Shown here: one piece after another, positions 1 through 13,464 of the stretch | Layout: each line of letters starts with the position of its first letter | Numbering within the stretch: position 1 is the first letter of the stretch | Source of the DNA: an uncultured Gemmatimonadaceae bacterium | Lineage (GTDB): Bacteria > Gemmatimonadota > Gemmatimonadetes > Gemmatimonadales > Gemmatimonadaceae | Assembly (NCBI GenBank): GCA_963822945.1 | Contig: CAWGJO010000020.1 | Location: 128,001-192,000, forward strand | Length of the DNA stretch: 64,000 nt | Direction of reading: 5' to 3' | Made by a program: the position numbers and the translations under genes | The notes under the pieces: model-generated | Databases searched by the model: none | What the model was told of the DNA's origin: nothing | Seen by the model: the letters and a program-made list of their open reading frames with translations, nothing else

Positions 1-170
1 GTGGCCCACGGTTGGCCGACGAAATACAGGTAGCTGACCGACTCGTCGTAGCGCATCGGTTGGCCGAGGGCGAAGAAGCGCGCCACGCCGCCGGCGAGCA
101 CGATGCCCAGCAGCGCCAGCCGCGTGGGAAGATCCTCGGTGCGCCACCACCGCTGGAGCGCGGTGATCAT
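1..170 (-). CDS. N-terminal fragment of a membrane glycosyltransferase (GT-C/PMT-like), running off the window
   Basis: Manual translation from the ATG at 170, which overlaps the pdp stop as ATGA: MITALQRWWRTEDLPTRLALLGIVLAGGVARFFALGQPMRYDESVSY. A TM helix followed by a DE pair is typical of GT-C enzymes. Confidence 0.55.
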   Translation of the reverse strand, partial: MITALQRWWRTEDLPTRLALLGIVLAGGVARFFALGQPMRYDESVSYLYFVGQPWA

Positions 171-1501
171 GCGGGGCGGTACTCCTCCACGCCGGCCCGG
201 CTCACGCGATGCGAGATCAACGGCAGGGGCGGCTCGGCGCTGTCCGCGATGACGATCGCCTCGCGCAGGCAGGCGAGACCCGCCGTCACGCCGGCGGCAT
301 CGCGTGCAAAGACGGTGGCCAGCGGTTCGCCGGCGTCCACCACGTCGCCCGGCCGCGCCGTGATCACGAACCCGACCGACGGATCGACGGTATCGGTGAC
401 CTGTGTGCGGCCGCCGCCCAACTGCGTGATCCCGTAGCCGATGATGCGCGGCGCGACGCCGGCCACGACCCCGGCGCGGGCGGCCACGTGGATCTCGCAC
501 GCCGCGGCCTGGGGCAGGAGTGCCGGGTCGTTGACGACGGCCGGGTTGCCCCCCTGCGCCTCGATGATGCGCTCGAACTGGCGCGCGGCGCGCCCGTCGG
601 TGATGGCCGCTTCCATCCGGCCACGCGCCTCCCGCGCATCGGCGGCGGCCCCGGCCAGCAACAGCATCTCGACGCCCAGCGCGAGGGTGAGCTCCATGAG
701 GTCGGCCGGCCCTTCGCCGGTGAGCGCATGGATGGCCTCCTCCAGTTCCAACGCATTGCCGCACGCGCGGCCCAGCGGACGATCCATCGCGGTGAGCAGG
801 GCGACGACGGGACAGCCGTGGTCGGCGCCGAGCGACACCATCGTGCGGGCGAGTTCCACCTCGGCATCGAGTTCGGTGAGGAAGGCGCCCCCGCCCCGCT
901 TCACGTCGAGCACCAGACCGGTGAGTCCCTCGGCGAGCTTCTTGCTCATGATGCTGGCGGCGATCAGCGGGATGGCCTCTACCGTCGCGGTGGCATCGCG
1001 CAACGCATACATCTTCCGGTCCGCGGGAGCGATCTCTTCGGTCTGTCCCATGAGCGCGCACCCGATCCGCTCCACCTGGGCTCGCGCTTCGGCCAACGAC
1101 AGCCGGGTGCGGAACCCGGGAATGGACTCGAGCTTGTCGAGCGTACCGCCGGTGTGGCCGAGCCCGCGGCCCGACATCATGGGCACGGCGACGTCGAGGC
1201 AGGAAACGAGCGGCGCGAGCACGAGCGAAACCTTGTCGCCCACGCCGCCGGTAGAATGCTTGTCGATGCGCGGGCGATGCAGGTGGGACAGATCGAGGCG
1301 GCCGCCGCTGTCGAGCATGGCCTCGGTGAGCGCCGCCGTCTCCCCGCGATCGAGACCGCGGATGAAGCACGCCATCAGGAAGGCGGACATCTGGTAGTCG
1401 GCGATCTCCCCCGCCGCGTAGGCGCGGATGAACGCCTCCCATTCGTCCGGCGCCAGACGGCCACCGTCGCGTTTCTTCTCGATCGTTCGCCTTGCGTCCA
1501 T
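167..1501 (-). CDS. pdp: Pyrimidine-nucleoside/thymidine phosphorylase
   Basis: DKHSTGGVGDK, SGRGLGHTGGTLDKLESIPG, SIMSKK motifs; 444 aa. Confidence 0.95.
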   Translation of the reverse strand: MDARRTIEKKRDGGRLAPDEWEAFIRAYAAGEIADYQMSAFLMACFIRGLDRGETAALTEAMLDSGGRLDLSHLHRPRIDKHSTGGVGDKVSLVLAPLVSCLDVAVPMMSGRGLGHTGGTLDKLESIPGFRTRLSLAEARAQVERIGCALMGQTEEIAPADRKMYALRDATATVEAIPLIAASIMSKKLAEGLTGLVLDVKRGGGAFLTELDAEVELARTMVSLGADHGCPVVALLTAMDRPLGRACGNALELEEAIHALTGEGPADLMELTLALGVEMLLLAGAAADAREARGRMEAAITDGRAARQFERIIEAQGGNPAVVNDPALLPQAAACEIHVAARAGVVAGVAPRIIGYGITQLGGGRTQVTDTVDPSVGFVITARPGDVVDAGEPLATVFARDAAGVTAGLACLREAIVIADSAEPPLPLISHRVSRAGVEEYRPA

Positions 1502-1616
1502 TGACCGGTTACCGGGGTATTTCTAACGTTGACGGGTGTGGGAAGACGCTGCTCGATCTGGCTCGGGCGGGCGCCTGTGCATACAGAGCCAGCCCCCCAA
1601 CTCAGGAGTCGTCCAG

Positions 1617-2387
1617 ATGAAGCTCGAACTCGCGGTGGCCGTGGTGTTGCTGAGCATCGGCGGCGCCGCCCGGGCCCAGACCGCCGCCGACGCGATCGCC
1701 CTCGGCGACAGCGCCGCGGCGGCGCTCGACGCGCAGGGTGCGCTCGCCCACTACCAGGCTGCCATTGAACTCGATTCCGTGAATGCCGAAGCCCTCTGGA
1801 AGGCGGCGCGCGAAGCCGTGGACCTGGGTGAGGCTGCGGGATTCGCCCACCAGGACAACGCGCGCGACAGTCTCTACAAGCTCGGTGAACAATATGCCAA
1901 CCGCGCCGTTCAGGCGAACCCGAACGTCGCCGTCACGCACTTCACCCTGGCCAAGGCACTGGGCCGCGCCGCGCTCGCGCTCGGCAGCCGGGAGCGGGTG
2001 AAGTACGCCAAGCGGGTGCGCGAGCAGGCGCTGGACGCGCTGAAGCTGGATTCGCTGGACGACGGGGCGTGGCACGTGATGGGCGTCTGGAACGCCGAGA
2101 TCATGCGGCTGAACACGTTCACGCGCTTCTTTGCCAAGACCCTGCTCGGCGGCGGCGTGCTGGGCGAGGCCAGCTGGGGCAACGCCCAACGTGATCTGGA
2201 ACACGCCGTGGCCCTACAGCCGACGCGCATTGTACACCATCTTGATCTGGCGCGGGTGTACGCCGACGTGGGAGACAAGGCGAAGGCGCGCGAGCAATAC
2301 GAGTTGGTGCTCTCGCTGCCCGCGACCGAGTTCAACGACACCAACTACAAGCACGAAGCCGAGCAGGCCCTGGCCAAACTGCGGTAG
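1617..2387 (+). CDS. Exported TPR-like helical repeat protein
   Basis: CAGGAG RBS before ATG 1617; signal peptide ending ARA-Q; TPR-like helices (ALAHYQAAIELD, HHLDLARVYADVG). Confidence 0.7.
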   Translation: MKLELAVAVVLLSIGGAARAQTAADAIALGDSAAAALDAQGALAHYQAAIELDSVNAEALWKAAREAVDLGEAAGFAHQDNARDSLYKLGEQYANRAVQANPNVAVTHFTLAKALGRAALALGSRERVKYAKRVREQALDALKLDSLDDGAWHVMGVWNAEIMRLNTFTRFFAKTLLGGGVLGEASWGNAQRDLEHAVALQPTRIVHHLDLARVYADVGDKAKAREQYELVLSLPATEFNDTNYKHEAEQALAKLR

Positions 2388-2398
2388 GACGGGACTCC

Positions 2399-3210
2399 AT
2401 GGAATCAAATACCGAGCACTCCGAAGGCCTCGCGCTGAGCGGGGAGGATGAGAACGCGCCGGAGGTGGAACGACTGCGGGCGCAGGTCGCCGACCTGCGG
2501 CGCGAGCGCGACCACCTGGTCGCGGTCGTCGACATTCTGCAGGAGATCTCCTCGTCGCTGCATTTCGTGGACATCCTGCAGGCGATCGCCGGCAAGCTGG
2601 GCGAGGCGTTCGGGCTCGACCGCTGCGCCATCTTCCTGTCCGGGAACAAGGACGAGGTGCGCCTGGTGGCGAGCTACGAGGATCCGGCGATCCGCAACCT
2701 GGTGGTTGATCTCCGGCGGTATCCCGAACTCCAGCGGGCCTTCGATTCGGGGGAGACGGTGTTCATTCCCGACGCCACGTCCGACCCGATGCTCCGCGCC
2801 ATCAAGCCGGCGCTCGATACGCGCAACGTGCGGTCGATCATCGTCGTGCCGATCCGCTGGCAGGCGTCGGTGATCGGCGCGATCTTCCTGCGCACCGAAC
2901 GGGACGCGCAGCCGTTCAGCGACGCCGACGTGCACTTCTGCCAGGTGGTCGCCTCGCTGACCGCCAAGGCTCTGCGCAACGCGCACCGCTTCGAGGCCGC
3001 GATGCGCGCGCAGAACGACACCTCCCAGGCCCAGCGCAAGGCCGAGGTGCGCCGGGTGGCGATGCTCGCCTTCCTGCGCCGCCTCCTGGAACGTCACGCG
3101 ACGGCAGAGGCCGAGAGCTTCACCGACGGCGGGCTGTCGCGCGCGACCGACGAGGAACTCGACCGGCTGGTGTCGGTGGCTCTGCAGGTGCTCGACGAGG
3201 AGGCCAAGGG

Positions 3211-3214
<4 letters not shown>
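2399..3214 (+). CDS. Stand-alone GAF domain protein with N-terminal coiled coil
   Basis: DRCAIFL, VRSIIVVPIR, IGAIFL, FSDAD..ALRNA GAF pattern; no output domain. Confidence 0.8.
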
Positions 3215-5837
<2,623 letters not shown>

Positions 5838-5841
<4 letters not shown>

Positions 5842-6371
5842 GAGATCTCCTTGAGCGCCTCGGCGTAGCGCGGATTCGGCATCAGGGCGCCGTCGACCAG
5901 CACCTCGCGGTCCCAGGGCAGGATGACGGTGCTCTGGGTGGCGATGGCGTGGTAGTCGGGGGCGTAGTCGCCCGTCCGGAAGGCCACGGCGGTCCGCACC
6001 TCGCCGGCACCGGCGTTGACCACCGCCGACACGGCCAGGCGCATCGTCGCTCCGCTGTCGCAGGTCTCGTCCACCAGCAGCACGCGCCGGCCGCGCACCT
6101 CGTGGGGCACCTGCCCGAACACCGCCGGCGTCTCGCGCACGTGTTCTGCCCGGTAGCGCCGGCTCACCAGCAGCGAATGGAACTCCACGTCGAGAATGGC
6201 GGCGATCACGGCCCCGGGCACGACCCCCGCCGTGGCGATGCCGATGACGATCTCGGGGTCATACTCGCGCGCCACCTTGAGCGCGAGGCTGCGCGAGAGT
6301 TCTCCGAACAGCGGCCATTCGACGTTGAACACGCCCTGCGAGGGTTCGACCGTGGTGCGGCGCGGCGACAT
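5838..6371 (-). CDS. Type I phosphoribosyltransferase family protein
   Basis: PRPP loop VLLVDETCDSGATM; C-terminal ILPW; GGAGG RBS before ATG 6371. Confidence 0.85.
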
Positions 6372-6555
6372 GGGGGCCTCCTGGGCGGTAAGCAAGCGAC
6401 AGTGTCGGAAGGTATGCCGGGCGGAGCCCGGCTGGAAGCGCTCACCGGCGGTGATTGCCGTTGCTCCCGGTGCCGACAATCGGTAGGTTTGCCCACGAAC
6501 GGCGCACGGACGCGCGCGCGCGTTTCGCATCCCTCTCCCGCTCCCCAATCGCCGA

Positions 6556-7020
6556 ATGACCTGGTGGAGCCGCTTGTTGGGCGGCAAGTCGAATTCCGAC
6601 CTCAAACCGCAACGACTCGACTACCTGAACGAGGCGCTGGCGCTTGAGCGTCAGGGAGACTACGACGCGGCCCTGACCTCGTATCGGCTGGCGCTGCGCG
6701 ACCATCCGAACGACCCGAAGATTCTCCAGAACATGGCGATCGCGTATTCGCGAACCCATCGGCTGGAGGACGCGGTGCGTTGCTACCGCCGGGCACTGGA
6801 GTTGGCGCCGCACCTGTCGGGCGCCCACTACGGACTGGCCTTCCTGCTACTCAAGCGTGAGGACCGGGCCGGCGCCATCAAGCACCTGGATGCCTTCCTG
6901 GCCACGGCGCCGGCCGGGGGCGACACCACGCGCTGGGTGGAGCACGCCAAGCAGACGCTCGTCGAACTCCGGTCCCAACCGGACCCCGTGTCGCCGGATC
7001 CCCAAGCGCCCGAGGCTTAG
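6556..7020 (+). CDS. TPR protein
   Basis: Three canonical TPRs (GDYDAALTSYRLAL, AVRCYRRALELAP, AHYGLA). Confidence 0.85.
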   Translation: MTWWSRLLGGKSNSDLKPQRLDYLNEALALERQGDYDAALTSYRLALRDHPNDPKILQNMAIAYSRTHRLEDAVRCYRRALELAPHLSGAHYGLAFLLLKREDRAGAIKHLDAFLATAPAGGDTTRWVEHAKQTLVELRSQPDPVSPDPQAPEA

Positions 7021-7791
7021 GTGAACCACGTCCTGGCCGTCGTGAGTCAGAAGGGAGGCGTGGGCAAGACCACCACGGCCATCAACGTGGCGTCCACGTT
7101 TGCGGCGCGCGGCGTGAAGACGCTGCTCGTGGACATGGATCCCCAGGGGTCGGTGCGATTCGGCGTCGGCATGCCGGGGCCGGCCGCCGGTCCCGGCATT
7201 GCCGACTACCTGACCGGCGCCAGGGACCTGAAGGACATCGTGCGGCCCACGGTACTCCCCTTCCTGCGCGTGCTGCTGGCGGGCTCGGTGGCCGACACCG
7301 GCGACCACGCGACGTATCAGGCGCTGGTGGCGAGTTCCACCAGGCTGGGCGAACTGCTGGCGCGGGTGCGCGACCGCGGGTACCTCGTGGTGGTGGACAC
7401 GCCGCCGGGGATGGGGGCGGTGGTCCACCGCGTGCTGGCGACCTCCGACCGCGTGATCGTGCCGCTGCAGTGCGAGCCGCTGGCGCTCCAGACCACCTCC
7501 CAGATCCTCAAGGGAATCCGGTCGGCGGTGGCCGAGCACCCCCAGCTCAAGCTGGAGGGGATCGTCCTCACGATGTTCGAGGAACAGAACGCCCTCTCCC
7601 GGCGTATCGCCGAGTATGTGCAGCAGCAGCTTCCTCCCGATCTCGTGTTCGACGTGAGGATTCCCCGCACGGCGGCCACGGTGGAAGCGTTCGCGGCCGG
7701 CCAGCCCGTGGTGCTCCGCACGCCCGACGACCCGGCGTCGGTGGCCTACGGCGCGCTCGTCGACGCGCTCACCGAGCGATTCACGCAATGA
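7021..7791 (+). CDS. ParA/Soj family ATPase (no parB in window)
   Basis: Deviant Walker A QKGGVGKTT, DMDPQG, VVVDTPP. Confidence 0.9.
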   Translation: MNHVLAVVSQKGGVGKTTTAINVASTFAARGVKTLLVDMDPQGSVRFGVGMPGPAAGPGIADYLTGARDLKDIVRPTVLPFLRVLLAGSVADTGDHATYQALVASSTRLGELLARVRDRGYLVVVDTPPGMGAVVHRVLATSDRVIVPLQCEPLALQTTSQILKGIRSAVAEHPQLKLEGIVLTMFEEQNALSRRIAEYVQQQLPPDLVFDVRIPRTAATVEAFAAGQPVVLRTPDDPASVAYGALVDALTERFTQ

Positions 7792-8567
7792 TCCGTCGGC
7801 TGGCGGCGTTCGCGGCGGCGGTCGGGCTGGTGGCCTTCGCCTGCCGCCCCATTCCCGCGCCAGCCGACGGCGTGCTGTCGCTGTCGGAGGTGAGCCTCCC
7901 CTCGCCGGGCGTGGTGGCGGGCGACACGATGCGCGACAGCGCCGGACGGGCCGCGCCGGTGAGCGTGATCGCCTACGGATCGGGCGGCCGGTTGGATACG
8001 AGCAGCGGCGTGATGCCGACGTTCATCATGTTCGATCCGGGCGCCCACGTGACCCCCGACGGCTACGTCATCGGCGACAGCGTGCGCGACACGCCGGTTC
8101 GCATCATCGCCTCGGTGGGCCAACTGCAGACGTCGCCGGCCAACATCTACGTCACCCCGCTTCCCGATTCGCTCGCCAGCAGCACGCCGACGGTGACCGA
8201 CACGGTGAATTTCAGCATCATCGACTCGACGGCGAGCGCGAATTACTCGGTGAACCTGACCGGCACGGTGCTCGCCACGGGCGTGATTCCCGCGGATTCC
8301 GTGCAGGCGGTCATCGTCCACTATGCGATTCTCCATGCCCCACCGGGACCGAATGGCGCGGTAACCGGCCTGCTCGTGGACGCGTCGGGACGTCCGAGCA
8401 GTGTGGACACCTCCGACGCGAGCGGGAATGTGTCGCGGCGCATCCGCGTGCGCACGCAGGCCCCGGTGGCCGTCGACAGCTTCGTCGTCTCGATGAGCGC
8501 CGACTATGCGGGGGCGCCCCTGCGCGGCAGTCCCTGGACCTTCGTCATCCCGACCGTCCACCACTGA
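7788..8567 (+). CDS. Putative lipoprotein, beta-rich/Ig-like
   Basis: ATGA overlap with the ParA stop; signal peptide with lipobox-like AFAC; Ser/Thr/Val-rich mature part. Confidence 0.65.
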   Translation: MIRRLAAFAAAVGLVAFACRPIPAPADGVLSLSEVSLPSPGVVAGDTMRDSAGRAAPVSVIAYGSGGRLDTSSGVMPTFIMFDPGAHVTPDGYVIGDSVRDTPVRIIASVGQLQTSPANIYVTPLPDSLASSTPTVTDTVNFSIIDSTASANYSVNLTGTVLATGVIPADSVQAVIVHYAILHAPPGPNGAVTGLLVDASGRPSSVDTSDASGNVSRRIRVRTQAPVAVDSFVVSMSADYAGAPLRGSPWTFVIPTVHH

Positions 8568-8669
8568 GGGAATCCCCCACAGGGGCTCCCTTCCATCCGT
8601 TCGCGAAAGGGGCGTAACTTCCCAGGCGTGCGGTGCAAGCCGCGCGCAGCCGCTTTCCGGGAGGTTCCG

Positions 8670-10511
<1,842 letters not shown>

Positions 10512-10514
10512 CGG

Positions 10515-11165
10515 TCAGCGCGCGCCGCGCGACAACGACACCAGGCCGCTGGCGGGCGTGTCGCGTTCCGCCACCCACACGCTCGTGTCGCGGGCGAGTT
10601 CGGTGACGCCGTCGGGGAGCGGGAGCCCCGCCGGCGCGAGCACGCGCCCCCTCGCCTGCACGCCCCGCAGGGCGGCCGCCAGGAGTTCCGGGCCGCTGCC
10701 CGCGTCCAGCGCCAGCGCGCGCGCACTGCCCGGCGCGACCGGCAGGCCGGTGTCCACCAGCATGCCCGACAGTCCCGGGCCGATGACGACGCCCGGTTCC
10801 GGATTCACCAGCAGCAGGTGCGTCTCGGCGAGCGCCAGCACGCCGGCGGCATACCGGGTCCAGCCGCCGAAGAGGACTGCGTAGCCGCCCCCGCCCGAAA
10901 GATTCAGGAACGCGGCCAGCCGCATCGCCTGTTCGGGATCGGCGGGCGGCGGTTCGTGCGCCCCGTCTGCGCCAGCCGGGGCCGCATGATCGCCGGTTCG
11001 AAGATCCGCCACGCCACCGCCGATCGGATAGCGCCGGCGGCAGACCGGGCAGCCCAGCACGCCTTCCAGCACGTTGCGTCCGTCCATGCGCTCGGCGCTC
11101 AGGACGAGCCACGACTCCTCGTGGTCGTGGGGGCAGCGGAGCGAGTCGACGAGTTCGATGAACAT
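10515..11165 (-). CDS. Trm112-like zinc-binding domain protein with uncharacterised C-terminal domain
   Basis: LRCP...EGVLGCPVCRRRYPI..GVADL is the Trm112p-like pattern; TGATG overlap with the SDR stop. Confidence 0.6.
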   Translation of the reverse strand: MFIELVDSLRCPHDHEESWLVLSAERMDGRNVLEGVLGCPVCRRRYPIGGGVADLRTGDHAAPAGADGAHEPPPADPEQAMRLAAFLNLSGGGGYAVLFGGWTRYAAGVLALAETHLLLVNPEPGVVIGPGLSGMLVDTGLPVAPGSARALALDAGSGPELLAAALRGVQARGRVLAPAGLPLPDGVTELARDTSVWVAERDTPASGLVSLSRGAR

Positions 11166-11887
11166 CAACTGCGCGACAGCCGCAGTTCGTCCACGTTGAC
11201 GCTCGCCGGCTGGGTCACGGCATAGAGCACGGCATCGGCCACGGCCTGCGCGTCGAGCATCTGGTGCCGCGCCGGAATGTCGGACCGCGCGCCCAGGTTC
11301 GCCTCCGACCAGAGGTCGGTATCGACCGAGCCGGGAGACACGAGCGTGGCCCGGACGCCGCTGCCCCGCAGTTCGACGCGCAGCACTTCGTGCAGCCCCC
11401 GCACGCCGTACTTGCTGGCCGCGTACGCGCTGTTGCCCGGAAACGGCAGATGGTCGGCCACCGAGCCGATGGTGACCACATGTCCGCGGCGGCGCGACTT
11501 CATGCCGGGCACGAGCGCGTGCGCGAACAGGAAGGGGGCCGCGAGGTTCACGCCCAGCGTGCGGGCGAACGACTCCGGCGACGTGCTCTCCAGCGGCTGG
11601 ACCGCGAAGTACCCGGCGTTGTTGACGAGGACGTCCGGCGCGTCCGGCCCGAGATGGTCGTGCAGGACGCGGAGGGCCGCCTCCACCGACCGCGCGTCGG
11701 CCACGTCGCAGGTGATCGCGATCGCGCCACCGCCCAGTTCGGCCGCGTGTCGCTCCAGATCGGCCGACGAGCGGGCCACCAGTGCCACGCGCGCGCCGGC
11801 CCGGGCCAGCGAGGCCGCGGTGGCGAGCCCGATGCCGCGCGAGGCGCCGGTGACGACGGCGGTGCGCCCGTCCAGGGGACGGCTCAC
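11165..11887 (-). CDS. Classical SDR oxidoreductase, candidate sepiapterin reductase
   Basis: TGASRGIG, NNAG, YAASK; directly downstream of folE and PTPS. The specific function is inferred from context. Confidence 0.85.
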   Translation of the reverse strand: MSRPLDGRTAVVTGASRGIGLATAASLARAGARVALVARSSADLERHAAELGGGAIAITCDVADARSVEAALRVLHDHLGPDAPDVLVNNAGYFAVQPLESTSPESFARTLGVNLAAPFLFAHALVPGMKSRRRGHVVTIGSVADHLPFPGNSAYAASKYGVRGLHEVLRVELRGSGVRATLVSPGSVDTDLWSEANLGARSDIPARHQMLDAQAVADAVLYAVTQPASVNVDELRLSRS

Positions 11888-11890
11888 GAC

Positions 11891-12517
11891 TCAGGCGGCC
11901 CCGTAGGGCGAGTGAGCCAGGCGCAGGAACTCGTCGCGCGTCATCGGGTTGTCGCGGAAGGATCCGCGCAGCGCGCTGGTGATCGTCTTCGAGTTCTGTT
12001 TCTCGACGCCGCGCATCATCATGCAGAGGTGGTACGCCTCGACCACCACGCCCACCCCCACGGGTTCCAGCACCCGCTCCACCGCCAGCGCGATCTCCTC
12101 GGTGAGCCGCTCCTGCACCTGCAGCCGCCGGGCGAACACGTCGACCAGCCGCGGCAGCTTGGACAGGCCCACGATCTTCTCGTTCGGGATGTATGCGATG
12201 TGCACCTTGCCGAAGAACGGCAGCAGGTGGTGCTCGCACAACGAGTACATCTCGATGTCCCGCACCATCACCATGTTCCGGTGCCCCTCGGCGGCGAACA
12301 GCGCGCTACCCACCACGTCGTCGACGCTCTGCGTGTAGCCGCGGGTCAGCCAGGCCATGGACTTGGCCACCCGCTCCGGCGTGCGGGCCAGCCCCTCGCG
12401 GTCAGGGTCCTCCCCCAGGAGTTCCAGTTCGCGCCGCACGAGCTTCGTGAAATCCGGATCGGCCTTCTCGTGCGAGATCGTGCGCTCAGCACGCGTGGAC
12501 GTCTCGAGAATCGACAT
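11891..12517 (-). CDS. folE: GTP cyclohydrolase I
   Basis: [38 protein letters not shown]; start uncertain (12517 or 12550). Confidence 0.97.
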   Translation of the reverse strand: MSILETSTRAERTISHEKADPDFTKLVRRELELLGEDPDREGLARTPERVAKSMAWLTRGYTQSVDDVVGSALFAAEGHRNMVMVRDIEMYSLCEHHLLPFFGKVHIAYIPNEKIVGLSKLPRLVDVFARRLQVQERLTEEIALAVERVLEPVGVGVVVEAYHLCMMMRGVEKQNSKTITSALRGSFRDNPMTRDEFLRLAHSPYGAA

Positions 12518-12539
12518 CACCGTGGCCCCACCCTTCCGC

Positions 12540-12953
12540 TTACCGTCCATCGTACTCGACATAGTTGTTCACCGTTTCCCAGAGGACGAGCCGCGTGAGG
12601 GTCGCCGGCGCGACGAGCGGCGCGATGAGCCGCCAGAACGCGACCACGATGTTCTCGCTGGTCGGGATCGTGCCCTGCATGAAGTCGACGTCGAGGTTGA
12701 AGTTCTTGTGATCGACACGATCGATCACGGCCGTCTCGACGATGCGCTTGAGGACCGCCAGATCCATCACGTATCCGGTGCGCGCCGACACCTCGCCCCG
12801 CACCGACACGTCGAGCACGTAGTTGTGCCCGTGCCAGTTGGGGTTGTTGCACTTGCCGAACAGCTGCTGGTTCTCCTGGTCGGAAAGCGCCGGGTTGTGA
12901 ACGCGGTGGGCGGCATTGAAGTGGAGCCGCCGTGTAACCGTCACCTGTGGCAT
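12540..12953 (-). CDS. 6-pyruvoyl-tetrahydropterin synthase, PTPS-II type
   Basis: FNAAH, C-X5-HGH ([11 protein letters not shown]), DHKN, PTSEN, WET; RBS before ATG 12953. Confidence 0.9.
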   Translation of the reverse strand: MPQVTVTRRLHFNAAHRVHNPALSDQENQQLFGKCNNPNWHGHNYVLDVSVRGEVSARTGYVMDLAVLKRIVETAVIDRVDHKNFNLDVDFMQGTIPTSENIVVAFWRLIAPLVAPATLTRLVLWETVNNYVEYDGR

Positions 12954-13000
12954 GTGGCCCTCGCCTGGTGCATCAACCCCGTGGACCCGCGCCGCGTTCC

Positions 13001-13068
13001 CCACCGGCGGGCCGCACCGCGCGCCCGCCGGTGGAGACGACGAGCCCCGCGGTGGTCCGCGGGGCTCG
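13001..13068 (-). promoter_or_regulatory. Two adjacent perfect 12-bp hairpins upstream of the pterin operon
   Basis: ccaccggcgggc/gcccgccggtgg (13001-13034) and cgagccccgcgg/ccgcggggctcg (13041-13068). Confidence 0.5.
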
Positions 13069-13274
13069 AAGGAAACGGAACGAAGAGGGTTTTGTGAAGC
13101 CCGGTCGAATTATGAGGTCCTCACCATACTTTTCGCCTTCCCCCGCACTGGGGGCATGACGGCAGTATAGATTATCGAACCCACTCGAAGGACTTGTTGG
13201 CTCAAAAACGGAGCTCTTCGCCCGTGGGTAGTCTGGGGGTAGAATTTATCCTAGGTCTCGGAAAGGGGCAATTG

Positions 13275-13436
13275 ATGGATCTCGGGATTCTCGCCGCACT
13301 CGCACTCATTGCCGTCTGGGCCGTGGTCGCGCTCGGATTCAACGGCCCGGGCTGGATCCATCTGCTGCTCACGGTCGGCGTGGCGACGCTGATCTGGCGC
13401 GTCGCTGCACGGAGCCAGAAGACCAAACATCCGTGA
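13275..13436 (+). CDS. Small membrane protein (lmo0937/DUF5670-like)
   Basis: 53 aa, two TM helices, GWIHLLL motif; AAGGGG RBS. Confidence 0.7.
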   Translation: MDLGILAALALIAVWAVVALGFNGPGWIHLLLTVGVATLIWRVAARSQKTKHP

Positions 13437-13464
13437 TCGGCCCCGGGAGCCGGGATGGAGCCGG

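Noticed and set aside
12540..12953. queD and a queuosine or 7-deazaguanine DNA-modification cluster
   Set aside because: The motif spacing is C-X5-HGH, and no queC/E/F, tgt or dpd genes are in the window
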